From an uncultured Collinsella sp. (GTDB lineage Bacteria > Actinomycetota > Coriobacteriia > Coriobacteriales > Coriobacteriaceae): 64,000 bases of DNA. Location of the stretch: NCBI GenBank assembly GCA_900544235.1, contig UQUL01000003.1, positions 8,559-72,558 on the forward strand, written 5' to 3'. The stretch's first letter is position 1, and every line of letters starts with the position of its first letter. A program made the position numbers and the translations under genes. This document shows, in pieces, positions 37,934 to 47,607 of the stretch. Below the pieces are notes generated by a model, which was given only the letters and a program-made list of their open reading frames with translations, was not told the DNA's origin and did not search any database.

Positions 37934-38383
37934 CTACTTCTCGCCCTCCAGCAGCCCCACGATGCGGTCGATGTCGACGGCAAAGCGAGGCCTTCCCTCG
38001 CGCTCGTAGCGGTCGAGGTATGCCTGGCACTCGGAGACAATGCGCTTGGTGCTGCCATCGATGATGCGCTGGAGCGTCTCGTAGTAGGCCGAGCCCTCGG
38101 TCCTGAAGCGGCGCTGGTAGGCCTTGGTTATGGGGAACATCTTGATGTAGTGGATGCCGTGGCGGCAACCGGGGCGCGTCGTGGGGCGGGGTGGCAACGC
38201 AAAGTACTGGTCTTTGGGCACGTTAGGGGCGATGTTGGAACGCAGCGGCACGGCGAAGTCCCTGCGCTTCCCGCGGAAACGCAGCCTCACCACCACGATG
38301 CAGGGGCGATTGTGCTTAAGCATGAGCTCGCGGTCGCCCTCGACGAGGTCGAAGAAGTCCTGGGAGATGGATACGATCTTCAT
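37934..38383 (-). CDS. ToxN/AbiQ-like (type III toxin-antitoxin) endoribonuclease candidate
   Basis: 149 aa from ATG 38383 (RBS AAGGGGG). Three collinear ToxN-like blocks: MKIVSISQDFFDLV, RPCIVVVRLRF..RDFAVPLRSNI (compare KAFIGIVLEI..YLAPLTSPK), and GIHYIKMFPI (compare LINLKFMIPI). The comparison is from memory, not from a search. Confidence 0.5.
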   Translation of the reverse strand: MKIVSISQDFFDLVEGDRELMLKHNRPCIVVVRLRFRGKRRDFAVPLRSNIAPNVPKDQYFALPPRPTTRPGCRHGIHYIKMFPITKAYQRRFRTEGSAYYETLQRIIDGSTKRIVSECQAYLDRYEREGRPRFAVDIDRIVGLLEGEK

Positions 38384-38839
38384 CGGTTGCGCCCCCTTCA
38401 TACGAAGCGGGGCCCGCATCGCTGCAGGCCCCTACAGGTGGGCGATATTCTACGCCTTGCGGCACCCCGTCGCCCACGGAGGTTAAACGTACACGTAAGC
38501 CGTACTCTGAAAGCCGCGGCTTCCGGCAAGTAGTTTATACCACGAAAGGTCGCTTTCAATGCGCATAGCTCGCAAAATAACACTCGCTGGGCCGTCACCC
38601 CTGATCTTCTCGACCGCCTCCTCCGGGTACTTATTGCGTGCCACGGGCACCTCCGTCCTTGTTATCGCGATAAACATACCATGAGTGGCGTACAGGTCGA
38701 GAAGGGCTGGCGCCAAAAGAGCCCAACGGCCGTTACAGCTTCGTTAGAAACGCGCCCCACCATGGATGGTAAACCCGAAAGGTAAGGCGCGCGGGCACGG
38801 CGACTCGGCCCGCGCACCCGGAAGAGAAAGGACGAACCC

Positions 38840-39564
<725 letters not shown>

Positions 39565-39568
<4 letters not shown>

Positions 39569-40335
39569 CGGGCGAGAAAGGCGGCCTGCTCGCGTGCCTG
39601 CGCGCCGAGGCCCTGAAGTCGCGCCACGCGGCACCGGTTCGCCTGGCCGTGCTCATGGCGCTGCCGATGCCGCTGCTCGGCGCGATGCCCTACCGGGGCG
39701 TGCAGATCTTCAGCGCGTGGAACTACTGGTACGCGCTCTTCCTGCCCGTGACTCTCTCGCTCGTGGTGGCGTGCGTCGCGCGGGCGGACGCGCGCACGCG
39801 GATGCGGGGGCTTCTGGGCCTGGGCTTCCCGCTCGGGCGCGCCTGGTGGGCCAAGGCGCTCTGGTGCCTCGCGCTCTGCGCGCTCTCGAACCTCGTGGTC
39901 TTCGGCATCTACCTCGCGGGATCGGCGTTCTCCTCGCAGGGCCTCACGGCCGCGGGCACGCTCACGATGCTCCTCTGCGCGCTCGCCAACACGGTGACCG
40001 CGGCGTGGATGATCCCCGCAGGGCTCTTCCTCACGGCGCGGCTCGGATTGCTCGCGGGCATCTTCTGCCCACTCGCCGCGCAGCTCGTGGGTGGGTTCGC
40101 CTGGTCGCTGGTGCCGCTGCCGCAGCTCTTTCCGCCGTCGGCGAGCATGGTCATCCCCACGAGCTTCATCCCCGTGCTGCCGAGCGGCGAGCCACTCGCG
40201 GCGGACATGGCGCTCGGCGGGGCGCTCGCGGCGGACGGCATGCTCACACTGGCGGGCCTTGCGGTCTGCGCGCTCGCGTTCGCCGCGCTCACGGCGGCGG
40301 GCGCGGCCTGGTTCGCGCGCTCCGAGGAGAGGTGA
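39565..40335 (+). CDS. lantibiotic-protection ABC permease (LanE-like)
   Basis: ATGA overlap with the ATPase gene. 256 aa, six hydrophobic segments. Confidence 0.8.
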
Positions 40336-41150
40336 TGGCCATGACACGACTCTCCGACCCGACGCCGCGCATGACTCTCCCGCGGGCCCTGCTCTCCGAG
40401 GCCCTGCGCCTGGCGCGCTCCCCGCTCGCAGTGGTGCACCTCGTCTGCGGCCTGGCAGCCGGTCTTGCCTGCGGCGAGTACTTCTCCATAACCCGATGGG
40501 ACCCGGCGCTGGGCGCGGACGCCTACGCCCAGTTCCTCGGCGCCCTCATGCCGCTCATGTCCGCCATCGTCTGCGGGCTCGCCGTGGACGAGGAGCGCGC
40601 TGCCGGGCGCCTCGCCAACCTCACGGCGGTCCCCTCGCGCGGGCGCGCCGTCGCGGCGAAGCTGCTCGCCCTTGCGGCGCTCGGCGCGGGCGCGCTGGCC
40701 GTGGCGCTCGGCGTGTTCGGGGCCGTGCTCGCCGTCGCCGGGCGCCTGCCGCTCGGGCCCGCTCCGCTTGCGGCCGCCTGGGCGGGCATCGTGCTGGGCA
40801 GCCTGCCCCTCTACGCGCTGGGGCTCGGCGTGGCCCTGCGCCTCGGCCGCAACGCCGCCATCGGCGCCGGCGCGGCGGGAATGCTCCTCGCGTTCTTCTC
40901 AGTGGGCGGACTTGCGCACGGCCTCATGACCGGCGAGCTCACCGGTGCCCTGGCGACGCCCCTGAGCTGGGTGCCGCTCGCCTGGCCCGCGCGCCTAGGG
41001 TCGCTCGGGGTGGAGGCCTTCATCGACGCCGCACGCGCGGCGGGCCCTCTCCTCACGACTGCGCTCGCTGGCCTCGTGCTCGCCCTGGCAGCCGCCGCCG
41101 TCCTTCTGGCCTGGTTCTGCCGCTTCGAGGACGGGAGGGCAGATGCGTAG
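40335..41150 (+). CDS. lantibiotic-protection ABC permease (LanG-like)
   Basis: TGATG overlap with the preceding gene. 271 aa polytopic protein. The 518-aa track ORF (39594..41150) is a run-on in the same frame. Confidence 0.8.
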   Translation: MAMTRLSDPTPRMTLPRALLSEALRLARSPLAVVHLVCGLAAGLACGEYFSITRWDPALGADAYAQFLGALMPLMSAIVCGLAVDEERAAGRLANLTAVPSRGRAVAAKLLALAALGAGALAVALGVFGAVLAVAGRLPLGPAPLAAAWAGIVLGSLPLYALGLGVALRLGRNAAIGAGAAGMLLAFFSVGGLAHGLMTGELTGALATPLSWVPLAWPARLGSLGVEAFIDAARAAGPLLTTALAGLVLALAAAAVLLAWFCRFEDGRADA

Positions 41151-41331
41151 GAAGCCGCTCGCCGCCGTGCTCGCCCTCCTCTCCGCAGCGCTCGTCCTGG
41201 GCGGGAATGCCCTGCTCGACGCCGGCTGGGGGTCGGCGCTGCGCTCGATCACCGACCGCGTGCTGCCCAACCCTGAGATCGCCATGTGGGCGCCCGCGCC
41301 CGCGGCTGCGCGCGGGGCTCTGGACCGCTGA
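41143..41331 (+). CDS. possible 62-aa signal-peptide/membrane-anchored small protein
   Basis: MRRKPLAAVLALLSAALVLGG..., with G/C-dominated third codon positions. Its start overlaps the permease stop. It fills the otherwise empty gap before the regulator gene. Confidence 0.35.
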   Translation: MRRKPLAAVLALLSAALVLGGNALLDAGWGSALRSITDRVLPNPEIAMWAPAPAAARGALDR

Positions 41332-41375
41332 GCGCGGCGCAAGTACAATGCAACGGGAGTTTCAGGAGGTCGAAT

Positions 41376-42038
41376 ATGGCGAGGATACTGGCAGTGGATG
41401 ATGAGCGGGCGATCCTCGACGCGCTCGCGCGCGTCCTCGGCCGCGACGGCCATGAGGTCGTCAAGGCGGCGGACCCGACGGCGGTCCCGGGGATGGACCT
41501 CTCGCGCTTCGACCTCGTGCTCTGCGACGTCATGATGCCGGGGCTCGACGGCTTCGAGCTCGTGCGGCAGATCCGCCCGGACTTCGACGGGCCCATCATC
41601 TTCCTGACCGCGCGCGTGGCCGAGGAGGACGCCGTGGCCGGCTACGGCTTGGGCGCCGACGACTACGTCCGCAAGCCCTTCGGGGCCGCGGAGCTGCGCG
41701 CCAAGGTCGCGGCCCATCTACGCCGTGAGCGCCGGCCGCGCTCGCACGCCCTCTCCTTCGGGGAGGTGCGGATCGACCTCGGGGCGCGCGGCCTCGCCGT
41801 GGGCGGCGAGGCCGTGTCGCTCACGCCCACCGAGTACGCCATCTGCGAGTACCTCGCCCGCCACCCCGGGCAGGTCATGAGCCGCGCGCAGATCCGCGAG
41901 GCGGTGCTCGGCTGGGAGAGCGACGCCGACGACGCGGCCATATCCATGCAGGTCAGCCGCGCCCGGAGGAAACTCTCCGAGGCCGGCGCCGATCCGATCG
42001 CGACCGTCTGGGGGATGGGGTACAAGTGGCAGCTCTGA
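41376..42038 (+). CDS. OmpR-family response regulator
   Basis: MARILAVDDERAIL...VWGMGYKW. RBS AGGAGG. Confidence 0.9.
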   Translation: MARILAVDDERAILDALARVLGRDGHEVVKAADPTAVPGMDLSRFDLVLCDVMMPGLDGFELVRQIRPDFDGPIIFLTARVAEEDAVAGYGLGADDYVRKPFGAAELRAKVAAHLRRERRPRSHALSFGEVRIDLGARGLAVGGEAVSLTPTEYAICEYLARHPGQVMSRAQIREAVLGWESDADDAAISMQVSRARRKLSEAGADPIATVWGMGYKWQL

Positions 42039-42064
42039 GGACCGGGGCGCGAGGTCGCGGGGGC

Positions 42065-43462
42065 ATGCCGCTCTCCTTCGTCATCGCGCGCTACTTCGCC
42101 TACGCGTTCGCGGCGGTCGCCACGGCGTGGCTCGCCTCGTTCATGGCGCTCTCCGCGGCGATCAACGCGGGCTTCGTCTACGAGGCAAGCTGGGGGCCGG
42201 CCAATGCGCGCGAGGTCGCGGAGGGCCTGGCACGCGACGGCGTCTGCGGGCAGCAGGACGTGCCGACGGCGTACCGCTACCTCATCCTGAACAAGGACGG
42301 ACACGTGCTGATGACAGACCTCGAGGGCACGCGGCTCGAGGGCGCGACGGAAATGGCCCGTGCGGCACTCGCCGCGGATCCGGGCACAGTGGAGATCGAG
42401 GGCGGGGGCTCGGGCCTCACCTACGCCGCGTTCCCGCTCAAGGGCGGCGGGGCCTGCGCACTCGTCAGCGAGTACCTGCCGCAGTGGGTCTCGCGCGACC
42501 TCGCCGGCCTGCTTCCCAACCCGCAGAACCTCATGCTCGTCGGCGCCGCTGCGGGAAGCGCGCTCGCGCTCGCGCTCGTGGCGCGCCGTGCGAGCCGCGT
42601 GATCTCGCGCAAGATGGCGCCGCTCGCGGAGGCGGCGGAGCGCGTCGGCGCGGGGGAGCTCGACTTCGCGGTCGGCAGCACCAACGTGCGCGAGGTGAAC
42701 GACGTCCTCGCCGCGATGGACGCCATGCGGGCCTCCCTCGCCGAGTCGCTCGAGGCCCGCTGGGCCGCGGAGCGGGGGCAGCGCGAGCAGGTGGCATCGC
42801 TCGCCCACGACCTCAAGACGCCGCTCACCGTGCTGCGCGCCAACGCCGACTTCGTGGCGGAGGAGCTGGAAGACGAGAAAGACGCCGACCTCGCGGCCGC
42901 CGCGCGCGACATAGCCGGCGGTGCCGAAAGGCTCGACGGCTACGTGCGCCTGCTCATCGAGGCCTCGCGCGGGTCCGGCGGGGCGGAGAGGGCCCCCATG
43001 CGGCCGGCCGAGCTCTGCGAACAGGTCCTCGCCGAGGCCGCCCAAATCGCCCGGGCGCGAGGCGTGACGCTCGATGCGGCCACGGGTCCCGCTGTCGCGG
43101 GCGCGCCCGAGGCCCCGCTCGACCGAACCGCCCTGGCGCGAGCCGCCGCGAACCTCGTGGCCAACGCCGCCGAGCACGCGCGCTCGCGCGTGGCGGTCTC
43201 CTGCGACGTCGCGGGCGGACACCTCGTCATCGAGGTGTCCGACGACGGACCGGGCTTCTCTCCCGCCGCCCTCGAACGCGGCTGCGAGCGCCTCTTCACA
43301 GACGACTCCTCCCGCTCCTCGCGCGACGGAGGCCGCCACTACGGGCTCGGCCTCCACGCCGCCTCCGAGGCCGCGAGCGCCCACGGGGGCTCCGTCTCGC
43401 TCGCCAACAGCCCCTCGGGCGGCGCGGTGGCCACCATCGCGGTCCCCCTGTGCGGGGCCTGA
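42065..43462 (+). CDS. sensor histidine kinase
   Basis: Two TM segments, H-box LAHDLKTPLTVL and an HATPase region. The start may instead be GTG 42026, which overlaps the regulator gene. Confidence 0.85.
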   Translation: MPLSFVIARYFAYAFAAVATAWLASFMALSAAINAGFVYEASWGPANAREVAEGLARDGVCGQQDVPTAYRYLILNKDGHVLMTDLEGTRLEGATEMARAALAADPGTVEIEGGGSGLTYAAFPLKGGGACALVSEYLPQWVSRDLAGLLPNPQNLMLVGAAAGSALALALVARRASRVISRKMAPLAEAAERVGAGELDFAVGSTNVREVNDVLAAMDAMRASLAESLEARWAAERGQREQVASLAHDLKTPLTVLRANADFVAEELEDEKDADLAAAARDIAGGAERLDGYVRLLIEASRGSGGAERAPMRPAELCEQVLAEAAQIARARGVTLDAATGPAVAGAPEAPLDRTALARAAANLVANAAEHARSRVAVSCDVAGGHLVIEVSDDGPGFSPAALERGCERLFTDDSSRSSRDGGRHYGLGLHAASEAASAHGGSVSLANSPSGGAVATIAVPLCGA

Positions 43463-43563
43463 CGACTCAGGCCCTCACAGCGGCGTGGCTCGCAACCAAA
43501 CGCTTCCATCTTGAAACACGGGGAGTAAATCGCGAAATCGCAGGTGAAAGAGAGTAAAAAGGC

Positions 43564-43600
43564 AAAGAAAAAGCCTCCGTTCCAACATGGGAACGGAGGC
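43564..43600 (-). terminator. guaA terminator
   Basis: 11-bp stem GCCTCCGTTCC / GGAACGGAGGC followed on the minus strand by TTTTTCTTTG. Confidence 0.7.
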
Positions 43601-43715
43601 TCGATAATCGAGTTTACTCACCAATGTCGCTGGTGGTTTTGCCGTAACTCTCGTACGAAACGAAACTCAGGAGCACAGTGCGGCACTCAAAAGTGCAGGT
43701 CAGAACCCTGTCAGC

Positions 43716-45314
43716 CTACTCCCATTCGATCGTCGCGGGCGGCTTAGACGTGATGTCGTAGCACACGCGGTTGGCGCCGGGGACCTCAGCAACGATGCGG
43801 CCGGAGATGCGGGCCAGGACGTCGTAAGGCAGTTTGGCCCAGTCGGCGGTCATGGCATCGCTGGACTCGACGGCACGCAGGATGATCGGGCGCTGGTAGG
43901 TGCGCTCGTCACCCATAACGCCGACGGACTTGATGTCGGGCAGAACCGCAAAATACTGCCAGCAGCTGTGCTCGGAGTTACGCTCGCCGGTCTGCTCATA
44001 CAGGCGCTGGTTGTAGGCGTCGAGCTCCTCGCGCACGATAGCGTCGGCGTTCTTGAGGATCTCGAGCTTCTCCTTGTCGACCGCGCCAATGATGCGGATG
44101 GCCAGACCCGGACCCGGGAAAGGCTGACGGAACACGATGTGACCCGGCAGGCCAAGCGCCAGACCAAGCGCGCGGACCTCGTCCTTAAAGAAGTGGTCGA
44201 GCGGCTCAATGAGGTCGAAGTGTACGCCCTCGGGGAACGGGATCAGGTTGTGATGGCTCTTGATGGTGCACGTCTTGCCGCCCGTCTTGCGAGCGCCGGA
44301 CTCGATGATGTCGGGGTAGATGGTGCCCTGAGCCAGGTACTTGACCGGCTTGCCATCGGTCTCGAGCTGCTGCGCCACGGCGAAGAACTCTTTCCAGAAC
44401 TGCGTACCGATGATGCGGCGCTTCTCCTCGGGCTCGGTCACGCCGGCCAGAAGCTCGGCATAACGGTCCTCGGCGTGAACGTGGATAAAGTCGACGTCGA
44501 ACTGCTTGGTGAAGACCTCCTCCACCTGCTCGGGCTCACCCTTGCGCAGCAGGCCGTGGTTGATGAACACGCAGGTCATCTGCTTGCCCACGGCGCGGGC
44601 GCCCAGCGCAGCCACGACGGAGGAGTCGACACCACCGGACAGGGCCAGAATCACGCGGTCGTTGCCGACCTTCTCGCGGAACTCGGCCGTCATGGTCTCG
44701 ACCAGGTTGTCCATGCTCCAGTTGGGCTCCAGGCCGCAGATCTCAAACAGGAAGTTGCTCAGCAGCTGCTGACCGTACTCGGAATGCTTGACCTCGGGGT
44801 GGAACTGCGTGGTGAAGATCTTGCGCTCGACGCACTCCATCGCAGCGACCGGGCACACGTCGGTGCTGGCGGTAACGGTAAAGCCCTCGGGCACCTCGGA
44901 CACGGCGTCGCGGTGGCTCATCCACACGGTCTGCTCCATGGGCGTGGAGTTAAAGAGCTTGGCGCCAGCCGTGCGCGTGATGGTGGCGCGACCGTACTCG
45001 CCCACCTCGGAGTGGCCGACCTTGCCGCCGAGCGTCACGGCCGTGATCTGATGGCCGTAGCAGAAGCCCAGGACGGGAAGACCCAGGTCAAAGATGGCGG
45101 GATCGATGGACGGAGCGTCCTCGGCATACACGGAAGCCGGGCCGCCGGAAAGGATGAGCGCAGAGGCGTTCATCTCGCGAATCTCATCGGCCGAGATGTC
45201 GCAGGGCACAATCTCGGAATACACGTTGAGGTCGCGGACGCGACGGGCAATGAGCTGACCGTACTGCGCACCAAAGTCGAGTACGAGGACCTTTGCGGAA
45301 GCCTTTTGATCCAT
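43716..45314 (-). CDS. guaA: GMP synthase (glutamine-hydrolysing)
   Basis: VLVLDFGAQYGQLIARRVR, a GATase domain, the ATP-PPase SGGVDSS motif, and a C-terminal ATIEWE. Start re-picked at ATG 45314. Confidence 0.95.
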   Translation of the reverse strand: MDQKASAKVLVLDFGAQYGQLIARRVRDLNVYSEIVPCDISADEIREMNASALILSGGPASVYAEDAPSIDPAIFDLGLPVLGFCYGHQITAVTLGGKVGHSEVGEYGRATITRTAGAKLFNSTPMEQTVWMSHRDAVSEVPEGFTVTASTDVCPVAAMECVERKIFTTQFHPEVKHSEYGQQLLSNFLFEICGLEPNWSMDNLVETMTAEFREKVGNDRVILALSGGVDSSVVAALGARAVGKQMTCVFINHGLLRKGEPEQVEEVFTKQFDVDFIHVHAEDRYAELLAGVTEPEEKRRIIGTQFWKEFFAVAQQLETDGKPVKYLAQGTIYPDIIESGARKTGGKTCTIKSHHNLIPFPEGVHFDLIEPLDHFFKDEVRALGLALGLPGHIVFRQPFPGPGLAIRIIGAVDKEKLEILKNADAIVREELDAYNQRLYEQTGERNSEHSCWQYFAVLPDIKSVGVMGDERTYQRPIILRAVESSDAMTADWAKLPYDVLARISGRIVAEVPGANRVCYDITSKPPATIEWE

Positions 45315-45582
45315 GGTTTCCCCCTCTTGTTGGCGGGGAGCCTGTGCCCACCCGCGTGAATGAACGAAAATAACTTTCATAGTGTACACGTTATATGGGG
45401 TTTCTCGTCCCTCACAGCCATCAGCGCACGGCAAACGCACGACCTATGCCCCTATTTGACGGCAATTGATGTGTTACCAGACGTTACAGATGATGTAATA
45501 CGTTTGAACATTGGATGCCCTGTGCCACAATACTGCCGAACGACTCCGCCTCTGCGGCGGCAAATACGATAGGAATACCAGC

Positions 45583-46596
45583 ATGAAGCGCATCCTTCTC
45601 ATCGCCACGGGCGGCACCATCGCATCGACCGAGGACGGCAACGGCCTCTCCCCCGCCCTGACCGGTGAGGAGCTCGCCCAGAGCGTCCCCGAGATCTCAG
45701 GCCTCTGCGAGCTCGACGTCGTGCAGCCCATGAACATCGACAGCACCAACATGCGCCCGAGCGACTGGATGCGCATCCGCGATGTCATCGTCGAAGGCTA
45801 TGCCGATCACGACGGCTTTGTGGTCCTGCACGGCACCGACACCATGAGCTACACCGCGGCAGCGCTTTCCTATCTGATTCAGGACAGTCCCAAGCCCATC
45901 GTACTCACCGGCTCGCAAAAGCCCATGGGTAACCCCTTTACCGATGCCAAGCTCAACCTGTACCAGAGCCTGCTCTATGCGCTCGACGAGCATTCACACG
46001 ACGTCTCGATCGTGTTTGGCGGCGTCGCCATTGCCGGCACGCGCGCCCGCAAGCAGCGCACCATGAGCTTTAACGCGTTCATTAGTGTCAACTATCCGCC
46101 CATTGCCTACATCCGCAACGACCGCATTGTGCGCAACGGGCTTCACGGCACGCATCAGGGCGAAAACCCGGTGCGTTTCTACGACAGCATCGACCCGCGC
46201 GTGTTTGTCCTTAAGCTCACGCCCGGCGTGAACCCGGGTATCCTGGACGCCCTTGCCGATAGCTACGATGCTGTAATTCTTGAGACCTTTGGCATTGGCG
46301 GTATTCCCGAGTTTGGTGAGTCCGGCGAGTCATTCCAGGAGGCGATTTTTCGCTGGGTCGGTTCGGGTCGCACCGTCGTTATGACCACGCAGGTCCCCGA
46401 GGAGGGCCTTGACCTGGGTGTTTATGAGGTCGGCCGTGCCTACGCCGATCATCCGGGCATTCTGCGCGGCGACGACATGACCACCGAGACGCTCGTGGCC
46501 AAGACCATGTGGGCGCTCGGCCAGTCACGTGATGCGGCAGAGATTCAGCGCCTGTTTTACAGCCAAGTCAACCACGACCGTATCCCGATGGCGTAG
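45583..46596 (+). CDS. ansA: L-asparaginase, type I
   Basis: MKRILLIATGGTIAS and HGTDTM motifs. 337 aa. Confidence 0.9.
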   Translation: MKRILLIATGGTIASTEDGNGLSPALTGEELAQSVPEISGLCELDVVQPMNIDSTNMRPSDWMRIRDVIVEGYADHDGFVVLHGTDTMSYTAAALSYLIQDSPKPIVLTGSQKPMGNPFTDAKLNLYQSLLYALDEHSHDVSIVFGGVAIAGTRARKQRTMSFNAFISVNYPPIAYIRNDRIVRNGLHGTHQGENPVRFYDSIDPRVFVLKLTPGVNPGILDALADSYDAVILETFGIGGIPEFGESGESFQEAIFRWVGSGRTVVMTTQVPEEGLDLGVYEVGRAYADHPGILRGDDMTTETLVAKTMWALGQSRDAAEIQRLFYSQVNHDRIPMA

Positions 46597-46650
46597 CTAA
46601 AACAAAATCCGCCTCTTTGGGCCTTGTAGGGCACGTGGTACCCCTCGGAA

Positions 46651-46864
46651 CGTGCAAAAAGCGGAGTTTTCAGCATCCGCCCCTTCCGGGAACGTTAAAA
46701 CCGCTGGCTGTAAATTGCCTTTCGACTCGAAAGACTCGTTCCGCGCGCTTGTTATTCCTCATATTATTGAATTTTGTGGATAGTCCAAAACATTACGCGT
46801 CGTATTTGTGGCCCCGGCTGCCGTCAAATTATTGAGGGATGCTGAATACTCGCGTTTTTGCACG
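46651..46864. repeat. ~214-bp element bounded by 28-bp imperfect inverted repeats
   Basis: CGTGCAAAAAGCGGAGTTTTCAGCATCC (46651..46678) matches the reverse complement of 46837..46864 at 24 of 28 positions. Weaker complementarity continues outward. The core is AT-rich. Confidence 0.5.
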
Positions 46865-46913
46865 CCGCCGTCGGGGGGACCCGTTCAACAAGCGGCAAAT
46901 CTAGCAAAAAAGG

Positions 46914-47132
46914 CTACTCGATACCCTCAAGAAGCTCTGACACCGTCATACCAAGTGCGGGTGCGATCTTAAATAGAACCTTGAGCGTGAAATTTGCCGT
47001 CCCATCTTCGATTCGGTCGAGGTAGGGTCGGCTGATTCCTGTCGCCACACAAAAATCAACCTTGGAGATACCAAGGTCTCTGCGTGCCTCTTCGACCCGC
47101 CTACCAAGAATCTGTTTCGCACGTTCGTCCAT
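46914..47132 (-). CDS. XRE-family HTH regulator
   Basis: 72 aa. LGISKVDFCVATGISRPYLDRIEDG. Confidence 0.85.
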   Translation of the reverse strand: MDERAKQILGRRVEEARRDLGISKVDFCVATGISRPYLDRIEDGTANFTLKVLFKIAPALGMTVSELLEGIE

Positions 47133-47161
47133 GCAGCCGAGTTTGAAATGGAGCCGAACAT

Positions 47162-47185
47162 AAACGTAAACTATAGTTTACGTTT
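47162..47185. promoter_or_regulatory. perfect 24-bp palindrome (operator candidate)
   Basis: AAACGTAAACTA|TAGTTTACGTTT, centred on a TATAGT -10-like hexamer. Lies between the divergent XRE gene and the 47209 gene. Confidence 0.6.
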
Positions 47186-47208
47186 TGCCGAATACACAGG
47201 AGTTTTCT

Positions 47209-47598
47209 ATGTCGGGTTCTTCGGTCCGCATGTACCGAGCCACGCTTCGCACAAACAGCGCGCCGCCCAAGCTCGTCGTCGTTGAAGCAGAAGCCCTTTC
47301 GCCCGATGAGCGCACGGCATTTGCATTGCTATCGAGTCGCGTCGCCGCTGTTCTGGTCCCTTGCCCGGCGCAAGGTGAACTTGCCATCCAATGCCAAGCG
47401 CACAGCTGCTCGCTCAATCAGGCTACCGTAATCGCAACCAGCCAGCGCGGTCTGCCTCTTCTCTTGGAAGCCGGTATCGCGCTCGCCCTTCGCGGTGCCG
47501 GATACGAAAACGAGGCCGCCGCCGACATGGTCTTTAAACCACGATCAAGCGGCGGCCTCGCAGCAGCCATTGAATATGCGTGCAGGCTCGTTGCCTAA
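47209..47598 (+). CDS. hypothetical 129-aa protein
   Basis: No recognisable domain. Start at ATG 47209 with RBS ACAGGAG. Confidence 0.55.
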   Translation: MSGSSVRMYRATLRTNSAPPKLVVVEAEALSPDERTAFALLSSRVAAVLVPCPAQGELAIQCQAHSCSLNQATVIATSQRGLPLLLEAGIALALRGAGYENEAAADMVFKPRSSGGLAAAIEYACRLVA

Positions 47599-47607
47599 AA
47601 GGGCAAG

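Noticed and set aside
38398-38716. TetR-family regulator gene
   Set aside because: Only the first ~15 residues (VARNKYPEEAVEKI) look TetR-like. After that the frame degenerates, and a second frame gives only weak HTH-like similarity. Too decayed to call as a feature, so it is mentioned only as part of the decay zone.
38384-38740. Search for a toxI-like tandem-repeat antitoxin upstream of the ToxN-like gene
   Set aside because: Reading both strands, I found no direct repeats of 30-45 nt. I found only hairpins and a decayed TetR-like reading frame, so no type III antitoxin feature is reported.
39594-41150. 518-aa ORF suggesting one large permease
   Set aside because: Its first 247 codons are off-frame nonsense over the LanE-like gene. 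The real LanG-like gene starts at ATG 40335, coupled to the previous stop.
41663-43384. 573-aa minus ORF, plus the 42127..43557 and 40091..41401 + ORFs in the high-GC island
   Set aside because: Extreme Arg/Gly/Pro composition. The alternative frames encode canonical regulator, kinase and permease proteins, so these are shadow or off-frame ORFs.
43600-43715. SRP/4.5S-like or other small RNA between the guaA stop and its terminator
   Set aside because: There is only a loose resemblance (CAGGTCAGAACCCTGTCAGCC). The conserved SRP domain IV motif is not recognisable.
45315-45440. Purine riboswitch in the guaA leader
   Set aside because: The conserved blocks (UAUAAU...GGAUAUGGC...GUUUCUACC...CCGUAAA...GACUAUG) are not present on the minus strand.
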